Shown: one piece after another, positions 1 through 11,825 of the stretch
How the letters are laid out: the number at the start of each line of letters is the position of its first letter
How positions within the stretch are numbered: the first letter of the stretch is position 1
Source of the DNA: Mytilus trossulus
Lineage: Eukaryota
Direction of reading: 5' to 3'
DNA: 54,143 bases
Assembly (NCBI RefSeq): GCF_036588685.1
Contig: NC_086382.1
Location: forward strand, 50,143,235 to 50,197,377
Program-made: the position numbers and the translations under genes
The notes under the pieces: generated by a model
Seen by the model: the letters and a program-made list of their open reading frames with translations, nothing else
Told to the model about the DNA's origin: nothing
Database searches by the model: none

Positions 1-1000
1 AAGTTAGGTCTTAATGGATTTATATAGAATCAAATGTGAATTATTAACAAGCATACTACATATTAGTCTGACTCTGAGGGCTTCCTGTGTTGTAATTGTG
101 AAACTATTTCATATAGCAATGACCTTCAACCATAATACAAATTAGTCTGACTAGAAGGGCTTTCTGTGTTGTTATTTTGAAACTATTGAATATAGCAATG
201 ACCATCAACCACAATACAAATTAGTCTGACTAGAAGGGCTTTCTGTGTTGTAATTTTGAAACGATTTCATATAGCAATGACCATCAAGCATAATATATAT
301 TAGTCTGACTAGGAGGGCTCTCTGTGTTGTAATTTTGAAACTATTTCATATAGCAATGACCATCAAGCATAATACATATTAGTCTGACTAGCAGAGCTTT
401 CTGTGTTGTAATTTGATACTATTTAATATAGCAATGACCATCAAGCATTATACATATAAGTCTGACCCGGAGGGCTCCCTCTGTTGTAATTGTGAATCTA
501 TTTCTTATAGCAATGACCATCAAGCATAATACATATTAGTCCGACTAGAAGGGCTTTCTGTGTTGTAATTTTGAAACTATTTCATATAGCAATGACCATC
601 AAGCATAATACAAATTAGTCTGACTAGCGGGGCTTTCTGTGTTGTAATTTTGAAACTATTTCATATAGCAATGGCCATCAAGCATAATACATATAAGTCT
701 GACTAGGAGGGCTTTCTGTGTTGTAATTTTGAAACTATTTCACATAGCATTGACCATCAAGCATAATACATATAAGTCTGACTAGGAGGGCTTTCTGTGT
801 TGTAATTTTGAAACTATTTCATATAGCAATGACCATCAAGCATAAAACATATAAGTCTGACTAGGAGGGCTTTCTGTGTTGTAATTTTGAAGCTATTTCA
901 TATAGCAATGATCATCAAGCATAATACATATAAGTCTGACTAGGAGGGCTCTCTGTTTTGTAATTTTGATACTATTAATATAGCAATGACCGTATGATTG
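1..1000. repeat. 79-bp satellite array, about 12.5 tandem copies; the window starts inside the array
   Basis: The motif attagtctgactag(g/a)agggctttctgtgttgtaattttgaaactatttcatatagcaatgaccatcaagcataatacat recurs at positions 61, 141, 219, 298, 378, 535, 615, 694, 773, 852 and 931. There are no spacers, so it is not CRISPR. Confidence 0.9.
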
Positions 1001-1169
1001 ACTTGTAAATTTAATTGTATGCCTTATTCTGACTCAAACTTGAGAGTATAATTGTGAAACGTCGAAGGCATACAATCTATTCTGTTTAAATTTGTATGAC
1101 TGGTTTGGTATCTAAATATCGATCAAACAATTCAAAATTTTAATGTGGTTAGTAAATGTTTCATCCTTC

Positions 1170-1700
1170 CGGAGCACCTGAGATCACCCCTATTTTTTGG
1201 TGGGGTTCGTGTTGTTTATTCCTTAGTTTTCTATGTTGTGTCATATGTACTATTGTTTTTATGTTTGTCTTTTTTCATTTTTAGCCATGGCGTTGTCAGT
1301 TTGTTTTAGATTTTAGAGTTTGACTGTCATTTTGGTATCTTTCGTCCCTCTTTGTGTTCTGTTAAAATGTTCCTTTTAAAATTGTTATACGATGATGACT
1401 GATGTACCCATATTTTGACTATTTTATTAATTGTGACTGTTTATTTAACGCATCATGTAAATATAACGGAATTTGATGAGACTGTCATTAAAGTGAGAGG
1501 GTTGGCGCTATAGAACCAGGTTTAATCCACATTTTTCTACATATGAAAATACCTGTACCAAGTCAGGAATATGACAGTTCTTGTCCATTCGTTTTTGATG
1601 CGTTTTGTTATTTGATTTTGCCATGTGATTATGGACTTTCCGAATTGATTTTCCTTTGAGTTCAGTATTTTTGTGATTTTACTTTTTCCATATATAAACG
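1170..1700 (+). mobile_element. SINE-like non-autonomous element, family 1, with the core motif accaggtt(t/c)aa(t/c)cc ... cctgtaccaagtcaggaa
   Basis: Positions 1490-1600 (gtcattaaagtgagagggttggcgctatagaaccaggtttaatcc...cctgtaccaagtcaggaatatgac) closely match 5680-5790 and the reverse complement of 21400-21490. Confidence 0.5.
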
Positions 1701-2439
1701 ATACTTTTTTTTTATTTTTTGGATATTATTATTGGACAACCATTCACTTGTGAAATATTAAAAAATGAATGATATCCAAAATTTAAACACTAACATGTCA
1801 AGAGAGGCAACTCAATTCTTTTTTTTTTTATAAAGATTGTATAAGTTATAAACAGAAAAGATCAACTTAATCTCAGACACCAATAGCGGCGGATATGAAC
1901 AAAAAGAAATCCGTGTTCCACTATGTTCACAGGGTCTGGATAAGGCAGGGTTGATAAAATACTAAGATAATAGTTTAGAAATTTTTGGCTGGGTAAAAAT
2001 CACCCCCTTCGTATCTTGAAGTGTTGTGAAAAATGCAGACTATTTACAAATATAACTCACAACTTGTGTTGACAGAGGGGACAAACAGTACTTCAAGGTC
2101 GTTGTCTAGGTGTGGTGGTTTCAAATCGAAGATAATATTTTTGTGAAGAGTAAAATTACAAAGATTCTTCTATTCAGTAATTGTGAGCATCAAAGAATCT
2201 CACAGTGATGAAGTATTCACTAAAAAACTTATATTGCCTTGAATACTCTATAGCTTTATCTATAAGTTATAAGCATAACTTCATTTATAAGAAAACTTTA
2301 GGTTACATGCCAAGAGAATAATACAAAAAACTTTAAATAATCTATTTAGAAAAGACAAATTGTTCTGCATTCCTGATCTGATATTACAAAGTTGTGATAC
2401 AAATTACTGGGTTAGTATATAAAAAAAATAAAATCATAA

Positions 2440-2615
2440 AAAATACTGAACTCCGAGGAAAATTCAAAGCGGAAAGTCCCTAATCAAATGGCAAAATCAC
2501 AAGGTCAAATACATCAAACGAATGGACAACTACTGTCAGATTCCTAACTTGGTTCAGGCATTTTCTTAGGTAGAAACTGTGGGATTAAATCCTGTTTTAT
2601 AGCTTGCTAAATGTC
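2440..2615 (-). mobile_element. SINE-like element, family 2 (second copy at 11130-11300)
   Basis: attcaaagcggaaagtccctaatcaaatggcaaaatcacaaggtcaaatacatcaaacgaatggacaactactgtcagattcctaacttggttcaggcattttc...gggattaaatcctg is shared with 11150-11290. It contains the gacttggtacag core in inverse orientation relative to family 1. Confidence 0.5.
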
Positions 2616-4764
2616 TCACTTAACGCACGTAGACTTTGGGCTTTTTGTTTCGTTAGCCATTCACATTGACAAATTTCATAAAACAATCATAATTCATTGA
2701 TACATTTCTAGGCTATCACATGAACAATCTGTGAATTCTTAACAAGCCTAAGGACGTGTATTGATTGGTTTAAATGAGATATTAAGATTTAAATATCTAA
2801 CTAACGTTAACGTCATTCAAAGTTTCAATTGATGATACTTATGATTATTAATCATTCATAATTCCATGCCATTACTAAACAAGATTTGTGAATACTATTA
2901 TTAAATAGAATACTACATTGTAACCCCTTAAGGATATACTTTGAATAAATAAACACATGATTACGGTGACATTATTGATCAAGATAGCAGGATGATTGGT
3001 TGATGATAAAAGAGTGTTTTTCATACGATCGGGGTTTGTGAACGACAATCTGATTTTAAAAAACGTAATACTAAAAATTAATTTAGGACTGAAAGGATAT
3101 ATACATAATTTGTATGTTATATGAATTTAAAGGGGCACTATCTGTCAAATTCAGGGTCACCGATTTGACTCAAATTTTCATATTTGATTTATAACAATGT
3201 AAAACATTTATCCAAACCATCAAAACTCTAAAACAAACAGTTTACAGAGCATGCGGTAGATAAAATATAGGTTCGTTTCGTGTATATTTTAGTCTATACT
3301 CCATCTAATTAAATATCGAGTTGGCCTCAGATGACCATATAAGCGATGTAAACATTAATAAAGATATGAATAGATTAAACGAACACGTACAATTGGATTT
3401 TTATAGGTCTGTTTGATTTTACTTTATAGATTAAAAATAGATGTTTTTCATTGTTTTTAACCTATAAGAATGATTTTATGTGCATCAAATTAGTAATCAA
3501 ATGATTTACCGTAGTTTCACTGTCATTGTTGACATTCTTCTTCTTAATATAACAAGAACACGTACAATGCATACGTTGCTAATCTCTAGCTAGGTGTTAA
3601 ATTGAAGTTCACATGACTACGGATTTATAGAGGTCGACCCATTCACTTGCAAGTGAATAAGTAATTATCAATGTTTCTTACCGTAATTTGACGAAATTGA
3701 ACCTTTTTGGCTGCAAAATGAAAATTGTTATTTCACTATTTTACTCTCATTATTGATTGAACAGAAAAAAATCAAACTTTACATTTTTGATATATCTCGT
3801 AGCTAGTGTCCCTTTAAGGCGCAATTACAACATAAGTTAGCCGCATACCAAAACCAATAACAACAACAATCTGATTTTTTTTTGCTTCTCTTGTTTTTTT
3901 TTAAAGGAGTAGGGATTTAGGAACTGAATAAAGAATATTTTGACCTAAAAGATATTTTGCCCTAAAAAAAAAAAGACGGGATGACTGAATAATTTGCATC
4001 TTATATATAGGTTAACATTGGGTTTTTTTCATCGTAAACCTGTGCAACTTTCTTATTTACTAAATATTTCGTTTAGTATAAGTTCTTTTTCAAAATCTGT
4101 CGTGTACAACTGACCTTTGAGGAAAATACGAATGTGTCATTATTTGAATTTTGGTGTCCTGCTTAGTGCCACGTAAGTTCTACTATTTGCAATAGACAAT
4201 GTGTGTGATGTCGAAATGTCAGTGGTATTAATAAATAACAAAAAGTGTGAATAAGTCCACTACAAACCGATCAACTACATAACAATAGATCTAATTTTTT
4301 TATACAGCTGGCATTCTTCTAATATACAATGTAGTTGATAATATCGTTTTATAAGTGACAAAAGGCAAAAGTCAAAATCGTACGTTTAACATGTTATAAC
4401 TTAAGTAATAAAAAAAGAGTAAATAAACTCGTCATATATACCACGATTAAAATTTGTATTAATTCCAGACGCGTTTCGTCTACAGCAGACTCAATAAAAA
4501 AATTGAAAGGGCCGCATAAAATACGAAGTTTCAATGTATTGAGGACCAACAATTCGTTAAAGATTTTCCCAAATACAGTGAAGGTTCTATTCTTGAGGTA
4601 GAAAAGCCTTAATATTAAATACTCAAAGTTTTGAAAACAAATAATTTATAATAATGACCATTTCAATGATAATTCATGTCAACACTTAAGTGCTGACTCC
4701 CGGGCTGGTGATACCATCGGAGACTAAAAACTCCACCGATTTTATGATAATTACGGAGAATGTC

Positions 4765-6640
4765 ATCATTTGTCACTACCAAACATTGATATATCAACAT
4801 AAATGCTATCGTAATGTAGTATACAAATTTATGTTATCTTATTTTGCATTTGAAATTATCTTCGCACAAGACTGCATATTATAGATTTTGTTCATATAAA
4901 CTACTGTGAGTTCGGTAGAATATTAAAAATTTAGTTTAACTGATAAAAACTATTCCTCCATTTCTATCTAAACTATAGATGGATTTTGAAAACGACCCAT
5001 AAGTTATCTATTTGAAACAAAATATGGAAAGAAGATTTCAATACATATTATGTTTCTCCTCTTATATTCCCTTATAATTAAAAGAAAAATCATCGAAAGA
5101 AAAATCAATATGATTTTAGAACTTGATGCTACAGAAATTTAACATTAAAGATCAGAAGTTTTGTTCTTCTGCTCCTACATAATTTAGGCTATGTTATCAT
5201 GCAAAAAATTAAATGTCAAAAGAAAAATATTAAATTTACATTGACAGCAGAGCTGGGAAGATCTCTAAAACAAGATACCACTGTATAGTCCCTGTGAAAC
5301 TTTGTTACATATTTACAGATTGTTCTTTCCTCTATTATTAATAAAAGCCATTATAGTTTCATTTCATCAGGGATTCAGATTCAAAGTAATTAACTTTTCA
5401 AAACAATAGTTTATATTAATAGGGAATTAATAAATGAATCCAAAGAGCAAAAAAGAAATATGTCGGTCACCGTGCTTGTTTCGAGACATGAGCCATTGAA
5501 ATTTTGGCGGGAAAATATTCACTCTTGACTTTTCATTGCTTTATCATTGACAAATTGACGTTCTCAAAAACTTTTAAAAAGTAATTAAAATTTTACTTTT
5601 ACAGATAGCTTATCTTTTTATTTGTATTGTAGTCCTGTAATTTTTTGTTTTCATTTCAATGTTATATATAACTGTGCCATTAAAGTGCGAGGTTTGGCAT
5701 GCCTGAAAACCAGGTTCAACCCACCACTTTTATTCCCCTTTAAAAGTGTCCTGTACCAAGTCAGGAAGATGGCCATTGTTATAATATTGTTCGTTTCTGT
5801 TTTCTCTTATTTTTGAGATAAGACGTGGCACGGTACTTGTCCATCCCATATTCATGTATTTGGTTTTGATGTTATATTTGTTATTCTCGTGGTGTATTGT
5901 CTGTTGCTTGGTCCGTTTCTGTGTGCTGTTGCGTTTCGGTGTTGTGTCGTTGTTCTCCTCTTATATTTAATGCATTTCCCTCAGTTTTGGTTTGTTGCCC
6001 CGATTTTGTTTTTTGTCCATGGATTTATGAGTTTTGAACAGCGGTATACTACTGTTGCCTTTATTTATCATTATACATGTAAAAGATTTTCATAAAGAAA
6101 AACGGGGGTCACTGGGCAATTTTTTTCAACACATTTAAATTAATCAAACCAGAGGAATCCGAAATTTCTGACGAAAAATCCAAAACATGACAAGCCACCT
6201 TCCTTAAGACAATATCTCTGTGAATAAGAACGTTCAATATTCAAAAGCATTAGACAGGTAAAGAATACCTTCTTATAAGTTGTTTACGGAATTCATTAAC
6301 ACGAGAAGTAGACGCAAATAAGAATTTGGCGACGCCAATATATTTTGAGAAAAATTATTAAAATAAAGCCATCTTCTGTCATAAAGATATTATGAAATAT
6401 ATGTAAGCAACATACACAAAAAATGTATGAACATTTTCCATTTTGTCATTAAAAAAAAATCACAGAAATATCAAAGAATATAACCACTTGAGTTTGAAAT
6501 GAAGTAAATAAAATGAAAAATGTAAATACTCTTTATTTTCAATATCATTTTGCAGTGAATGAATCTGAATATAAAATACACAAAACAGTTCTGAAGTTTA
6601 TTTTAAATGATGTAATCTTTGTATGCTCTACAATTTTGAC
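4765..6640 (+). repeat. Segmental duplication copy 1 (paralogous to 8527-9945), carrying a 450-bp SINE insertion
   Basis: Near-identical sequence runs from tcatcatttgtcactaccaaacattgatatatcaacataaatgctatcg through ttttaaatgatgtaatctttgtat. The ORF-track proteins 4690..4884 and 8425..8664 are near-identical artefacts of this duplication. Confidence 0.85.
5615..6064 (+). mobile_element. SINE-like family-1 insertion with a 5-bp target-site duplication, TTATC at 5610-5614 and 6065-6069
   Basis: The filled site reads agcTTATC[450 bp]TTATCattatacatg. The empty paralogous site at 9368-9385 reads agcttatcattatacatg. The insert contains gccattaaagtgcgaggtttggcatgcctgaaaaccaggttcaaccc...cctgtaccaagtcaggaagatggcc. 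Confidence 0.85.
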
Positions 6641-7242
6641 GTGTGGTGAACGACTCTTGCAAAAAGAACCTCAGGATGAAGAGTTTTGAACATTCATCTT
6701 CACTTACAATAACTATAAATCTTTCCTTTTCAAGACAGTGGCCAAAAAATATGAATATCTTCTGTACTTTTGTTTAACCTATATCTTTGATATTATATAT
6801 ACAACATACTCACTGGAACACTACAGGATTCAATTTAACTTAGGCTCTTATCATTCATAATTTGAAGTAGGATTTCAGTGGGTTTTTTCAGGAGAACTTT
6901 CTTTGACTTCAATAAATACTAACTGACAAATAGGAACAGGTAATGCGTTTTGATACTCAATAATGTATTTCTCCCCTCAACCTTTTATGTTTAAATACGA
7001 AATATGCAAACAAATCCTCCTCATAACTGTAGTGAAATGACATTGATAATTAGATCGTAGCAATTTTATTTCCAATGTCAAAGATAGATTTCCCATTGGC
7101 AGAAACAATCATAAATCATTCATTTGTTTATACCTAATATTTAAATTCATTAATTATTCATAATTAAAATAATACAGGTACGTTAGTGATAATCTGCAAG
7201 AAGTCTTGCAAAGATGATACGATTTTTTCGTAGAAATGTGTA

Positions 7243-7572
7243 ATGATGTCACAAGGTGCAAACATGTTCATAGTTAAATATGTTTTATTATTTTTAAATG
7301 TTTGCAGTCCGGGTCAAACTGCGTCCAGCATTTTTCACATTCACCCAGATCGGCTTGATTCTAAGCTGCAAGGATACATTTATCTAAAATTTGAGAAAAT
7401 ACCACCGAGGTTGTGCTTTAACAAATGTATTCGGAGGCCAAATTGTCACTCGTATAACTATAATAAAGCTTTGTTGACATGTGAACTTAATAACAAGCCA
7501 AAATCTGTATCAACTGAGGATTTTTATTTTCAGAATGGATATGTATATGTTGAAATTGACCAGTACAGAGGG
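7243..7572 (+). CDS. Mucin-like gene exon 1: start codon, signal peptide and PAN/apple domain. Ends in phase 0 at donor GGG|GTATGT.
   Basis: ATG at 7243 (alternative ATG at 7264). Hydrophobic MFIVKYVLLFLNVCSPG followed by the PAN-like Cys pattern RLCFNKCIRRPNCHSYNYNKALLTCEL...YFQNGYVYVEIDQY. Canonical donor at 7573. Confidence 0.7.
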
Positions 7573-8344
7573 GTATGTAAAAATTTCATATTATAAAGAA
7601 AGGAATTTTTCTTTTAAAATATGTTTTCGAATTATTGTATTATTCTGAAAGAAAGTTTAGTTTTGAGCATTGCCCGTGATTCGTTAAGACAGGAATATAG
7701 TTAGAGTCATTATCTGTTCTAAAATCAAGCATGGATATTGTTTTAAATGCACACGAGACGTTAGATTAAAATAAAACCATTGCATATGTTTTGTATACTA
7801 GCATATGGTCAAGTTTTATAAAACAAGTGAACATAGACCTTCTTTTGAAGGAATTCTTTATCCTACCACATTCTTCAGTAATATACTGCGATCTATTGTC
7901 TTCCCATACTATAATTCGCCTTAAGCTTTTCCGTATGCAGTTAACATATATCGCAACGAGTCCATCTTTTAATAACAATAGTAAGTCGGAAACCCGTGGC
8001 GAAAAAAGGGATATCGTAAATAAATGTAGAGGTTAGCTCATGTACATTGATTTTAAAAGAAAAATAAGAAAAAACTAAATAGTTGATCAACTGTTATTAT
8101 AACAAATTTTAAGTAACTAAGTAACACATATTATATACAACAGGCGCTTTTTGACATAGACTGCTTTTTCTCGTATGCTTTCGGTGTAGAGTTTTTATGT
8201 TAAATTTTCTTAGTTATTTCACATATTTAATGCATTGTTGCTTTCGTTTTTCCAATTTTACCATAAAAGTAGTTTAAGTGTTGATATGATCATTGTAATG
8301 GTCCTTATTTTGAAATAACTGTTTACAATACTTTGAATTTTTAA

Positions 8345-10118
8345 TTAATTATGCTTTTCTATCTCTTGAATAGATTACTTTAACTGAGTTTGGCAACTAA
8401 CCTTTGAGGAAATCTTGATCCTCAATGATCGTCAACTTCGTACTTTATTTGGCCTTTTACACCTTTTATGATTCGAGCGTTACTGTTGTAGATGAAATGA
8501 GCGTCTGCGCAAATAAAAAGGAAAAGTTCATCATTTGTCACTACCAAACATTGATATATCAACATAAATGCTATCGTAATGTAGTATACAAACTTATGTT
8601 ATCGCATTTTGCATTTGAAATTATCTTCGCACAAGACTGCATATTAAAAATTTTGTTCATATAAACTACTATGAGTTCGGTAGAATATCAAAAATTTTGT
8701 TTAACTGATAAAAATTATTCCTCCATTTCTATCTAAACTAAAGATGGATTTTGAAAACGACCCATAAGTTATTTATTTGAAACAAAATATGGAAAGACGA
8801 TTTCAATACATATTATGTTTCTCCTTTTATATTCCCTAATAATTAAAAGAAAAATCATCGAAAGAAAAATCAATATGATTTTAGAACTTGATGCTACAGA
8901 AATTTAACATTAAAGATCAGAATTTTTGTTCTTCTAGTCCTACATAATTTAGGCTATGTTATCATGCGAAAAATTAAATGTGAAAAGAAAATATTAACAT
9001 TACATTGAAAGCAGAGCTGGAAAGATCTCTAAAACAAGATACCGCTGTATAGTCCCTGTGAAACATTGTTACATATTTACAGATTGTTTTCAAGTTCTTT
9101 CCTCTATTATTAATAAAAGCCATTATAGTTTCATTTCATCAGGGATTCAGATTCAAAGTAATTAACTTTTCAAAACACTAGTTTATATTGATAGGAAATT
9201 AATAAAGGTATCCAAAGAGCAAAAAATATGTCGGTCACCGTGCTTGTTTTCGAGATATGAGCCATTGAAATTTTGGCGGGAAAATATTCACTCTTGAATT
9301 TTCATTGCTTTATTATTGACAAATGGAAGTTCTCAAAAACTTTTAAAAAGTAATTAAAATTTTACTTTTATAGATAGCTTATCATTATACATGTAAAAGA
9401 TTTTCATAAAGAAAAATGGGGGTCACCGGGCAAATTTTTTCAACACATTTAAATTGATCAAACCAGCGGAATCCGAAAATCTGACGAAAAATCCAAAACA
9501 TGACAAGCCACCTTCCTTAAGACAATATATCTGTGAATAAGAACGTTCATTATTCAAAAGCATTAGACAGGTAAAGAATACCTTCTTATAAGTTGTTTAT
9601 GGAATTCATTAACACGAGAAGTAGACGCAAATAAGAATTTGGCGACACCAATATATTTTGAGAAAATTAATAAGATAAAGCCATCTTCTGTCATAAAGAT
9701 ATTATGAAATACATGTAAGCAACATACACAAAAAATGTATGAACATTTTCCATTTTGTCTTTACAAAAATCACAGAAATATCAATGAATATACCCATCTG
9801 AGTTTGAAAAGAAGTAAATAAAATGAAAAATGTAAATTTTCTTTATTTTCAATATCATTTTGCAGTAAATGAATCTGAATATAAAATACACAAAAAAGTT
9901 CTGAAGTATATTTTAAATGATGCAATCTTTGTATAATTATGCTTTTCTATCTCTTGAATAGATTACTTTAACTGAGTTTGGCAACAAACCTTTGAGGAAA
10001 TCTTGATCCTCAATGATCTTCAACTTCGTACTTTATTTGGCCTTTTACACCTTTTATAATTCGAGCGTTACTGTTGTAGATGAAACGAGCGTCTGCGCAA
10101 ATAAAAAATGTCAATCTA
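8345..10118 (+). repeat. Segmental duplication copy 2, with a body at 8527-9945 flanked by 175-bp direct repeats (8345-8520 and 9942-10118)
   Basis: The flanks share attatgcttttctatctcttgaatagattactttaactgagtttggcaac...gcgtctgcgcaaataaaaa. The body is collinear with 4765-6640 but lacks the SINE insert. It lies inside intron 1 of the mucin-like gene. Confidence 0.8.
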
Positions 10119-10342
10119 CGTTACTGTATCTATGATGAATTTGTGTATATCAGTGTCATTGTAAGATCTTGCAGATGAGCAAGAACACATTGAAATGTGA
10201 ATTTATTATCTATCCATTTGGTTTTTTTTCAATATCAAATATTGGCCTTGTTTGTTCATTGGGAAGACTATTCAAGACACCAGCGCAGTAGAATTGGTAT
10301 TATATATACTTTTATCTCATGATTCCGTCTCAATATTTTCAG

Positions 10343-10454
10343 GACCCGCTACTGGATCCATGCCATAGAAAGCCCTGCCAGTCAGCAGAGATTTGTGAAA
10401 TAAAACCGGATGGAAATACATTTTGTGTAAAAGATAACAAGTACACAATTAAAG
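10343..10454 (+). CDS. Mucin-like gene exon 2: EGF-like domain, phase 0 at start to phase 1 at end
   Basis: Acceptor ttttcAG at 10341-10342. Translation is DPLLDPCHRKPCQSAEICEIKPDGNTFCVKDNKYTIK, with EGF-like Cys spacing. Donor AAAG|GTAAAT at 10455. Confidence 0.7.
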
Positions 10455-11129
10455 GTAAATGTATCGTTGATTATCGAAAATATCTGAAATATTTGTAAAA
10501 TTTCTGTCTTGTGTATAATTAAAAAGATATTTTGCTGTAATGAAAATTAGAAAGGGAAGGGAATTGTTAAGTGGAATAATTCTTTCCTTGATTTATGCAT
10601 TCTTAACAAAAGAGTTAGTGTAATTCACTTTTTTAAGAAACAATGACTATAAAGGTAAAAATGTTTTGAATTAAAAACAAAACAATTTTCAGATTAATTA
10701 AGCATCTAATGCTGGAACTACTAGTAATTTTGATATTAATTGATAAAGTTTTATCATTGTCATTTAATGATTATTAATTTTGACATAGTATTGTCTAACC
10801 TATAAATAAAATGTCATGGGAAAAACAGATGCGAACCAATTTGAAAATAAAAATCAACGGCATGATTTATTCAAAAACAACAAATAAAGCACAATTAATA
10901 TTCGATAAAAACAAAAATTTAATTCATTTTCCAAATCAAACAAAGAATTCAAACAAATTTCATAACTTTATCCATGACATATGCATAAAATATAATTTTG
11001 GTCAATCTGAATTCCGAAAAGACATGTTGCCTGTGTCTTGGAAGCAAAACTATAAAATTCCCAAAACGTTGTGAATGCCTTTGACACTTCTTGAAAACAG
11101 TATCATACAACATAAAACGTGATATAACA

Positions 11130-11300
11130 AAAAATAACGAACTTCAATGAAATTCAATTCGCAAGTCCCTTATCAAATGGCAAAATTCAAAGCGTAAACA
11201 TTTCAAACGAACGATGAAAAACAGCAGTCATACTCATGACTTGGTACAGACATTTTCTGATGTAGAAAAATGGTGAATTAAACCTGGGATTATAGCTAGC
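11130..11300 (-). mobile_element. SINE-like element, family 2 copy, in mucin intron 2
   Basis: Collinear with 2440-2615: attcaattcgcaagtcccttatcaaatggcaaaattcaaagcgtaaacatttcaaacgaacgatg...catgacttggtacagacattttc...aaacctgggattatagc. Confidence 0.5.
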
Positions 11301-11825
11301 TGATCCTTTTTTGTACGACAGTCGCAAAAAAATCTTTATATTCACAACAGTATGTCAACAAAAGCAGTCATTATTGTGTTAAAATCTTAATGTTAAAAGA
11401 GAAATGAAATGACATATATAGACAAAGCACATAAGCAAAAATGGAAGACAAGAATACAAAAATTGGTCATGGCACAATAAAAGAATGGCAGGATATATGA
11501 ATACCGAGGCACGCCAAAAAAATATCACGGAAATGGACTAAACAGTAAATGCTAAAAATATTTATATACAAGTAAAAGAGCACGTTGCAAAACATTGAAA
11601 TTGAACGTTTTACATTCGAGTACGATCCAGATTTGGATGAATATCTTAAGTAACTTAAGATAGTATCAGCCTATCAAAATAATTTATAAACCCTCATCTC
11701 TTACAGGAGGTTTACTCAGATAGAATACGTGCCTCTTGACTGCAGGCCGTTTATAAAAGGTTTTACTAATAGCATCAACAAGTCATAAAAGTGTCATACA
11801 ATGAAGTATATTTTCTCTTTTTTAG

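Noticed and set aside
1-1000. Possibility that the 79-bp direct repeats are a CRISPR array
   Set aside because: There are no unique spacers, because the repeats are contiguous. Together with the eukaryotic gene context (spliced genes, SINEs), this excludes CRISPR.
10811-11074. 87-aa + strand ORF (MSWEKQMRTNLKIKING..) in mucin intron 2
   Set aside because: Low-complexity Asn/Lys-rich sequence in AT-rich intron. It does not connect in phase to the flanking exons and abuts a SINE copy.
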